Source: Octopus vulgaris (lineage: Eukaryota). Taken from it: DNA of 64,000 nucleotides. A program made the position numbers and the translations under genes. The stretch lies in contig OX597842.1 in NCBI GenBank assembly GCA_951406725.2, positions 11,408,001 to 11,472,000 of the forward strand, given 5' to 3'. A model generated the notes under the pieces. That model saw only the letters and a program-made list of their open reading frames with translations. It made no database searches and was not told the DNA's origin. Of this stretch, positions 62,535 through 64,000 are shown piece after piece. Position 1 is the stretch's first letter; each line of letters starts with the position of its first letter.

Positions 62535-62811
62535 CATATACTTATAGGCATATACATAGGCGCATACACACACACATGCGTATATGTATACATAAACAGA
62601 AATGCACACATACCTATACAAATATACACACAGACACATGCAGACATATACACAAGCACAAACACACACACACACATATATATGTACATACTCATACACA
62701 TAAGCATACACATAGAGACAGTCATATGTATACATACACATACACATATATACCAATACACATACACACACACACATACACAAATATTCTTATTTTTCCC
62801 TCTGTTCTTAT

Positions 62812-63010
62812 ATTTGTTTGAGTCATTTGACTGCGGCCATGCTGGAACACCGCCATGCTGGAGCACCTCCTTTAGTCGAGCAAATCGACCCCGGGACTTA
62901 TTCTTTGTAAAGCCTAGTACTTATTCTATCGGTCTTTCTTGCCGAAACGCTATATGACGTGGACGTAAACACACCAGCATCGGTTGTCAAGCGGTGTTTG
63001 GGGACAAACA
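62812..63010 (-). mobile_element. SINE A, 3' half
   Basis: Identity to family A. Confidence 0.8.
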
Positions 63011-63041
63011 GACACACAAAAAAACACACATACACACACAC

Positions 63042-63082
<41 letters not shown>

Positions 63083-63142
63083 AATATGTATATATATACA
63101 TATACATATATATATATATATACATATATATATTTATATATA

Positions 63143-63553
63143 GGCACAAGAGTGGCTGTGTGGTAAGTAGCTTGCTAACCAACCGCATGGTTCCGGGTTC
63201 AGTCCCACTGCGTGGCATCTTGGGCAAGTGTCTTCTACTATAGCCCCGGGCCGACCAATGCCTTGTGAGTGGATTTGGTAGATGGAACCTGAAAGAAGCC
63301 TGTCGTATATATGTATATATATATATATATGTGTGTGTGTGTTTGTGTGTCTGTGTTTGTCCCCCTAGCATTGCTTGATAACCGATGCTGGTGTGTTTAC
63401 CTCCCCGTCACTTAGCGGTTCGGCAAAAAGAGACCGATAGAATAAGTACTGGGCTCACAAAAGAATAAGTCCCGGGGTCGATTTCCTCGACTAAAATGCG
63501 GTGCTCCAGCATAGCCGCAGTCAAATGACTGAAACAAGTAAAGAGTAAAAAGA

Positions 63554-63554
<1 letters not shown>
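63143..63554 (+). mobile_element. SINE family A, full length
   Basis: Identity to family A. Confidence 0.92.
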
Positions 63555-63618
<64 letters not shown>

Positions 63619-64000
63619 TGTATACATATATATATATATATATATACATGTATATATATAAATATATATACATATATATATATACGTATATATAGATACA
63701 ATGTACACACATAACCATTCTAATATACAACCATACACACATAGACATAGAGACATAAGGACACATATGTACACATACATATATATATACGAATACGTAC
63801 ACACATACACACATATATATACGCACACATTCTCATTTCGTTTATATACCCACACTCACACACACGTATATATATATATATACATATATATAACATATCC
63901 ATACAACTAGATTACAAGAATTTTTATTGATTCGACGTTTTACAAATGTTGTTCTTGTTACTGATGTTGTTGTTATTGTTGTTATTGCTTATTACGACAA

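Overview
Repeat-saturated, AT-rich eukaryotic non-coding DNA, most likely intergenic or intronic octopus (cephalopod) genome. The taxon is an inference from the SINE landscape and microsatellite load. No host protein-coding gene can be supported; nearly all listed ORFs are microsatellite artefacts. Contents: (1) very long (TA)n, (CA)n, (TAGA)n, (AAT)n and (CTT)n tracts; (2) about 35 copies or fragments of four tRNA-headed SINE families, labelled A-D here; (3) R4/Dong-clade RT-REL retrotransposons and a ~550-bp non-coding element, all inside (AAT)n; (4) rearranged RTE-clade LINE insertions; (5) a Helitron and a mariner-type MITE. The most notable signal is about 16 type-I hammerhead-ribozyme (HHR) motifs from about 8 unrelated short non-coding element families sitting in (TA)n/(TAGA)n. 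They occur as tandem, inverted and permuted copies, as expected for Penelope-like or retrozyme-like RNAs, and several families share recurrent non-canonical cores (CCGANGA, CUGUAGA). Second, SINE B occurs as precise head-truncated ~184-bp multimers, each bounded by a single target-site duplication (TSD). All structures were read by eye; boundaries are approximate and ribozyme activity is untested.
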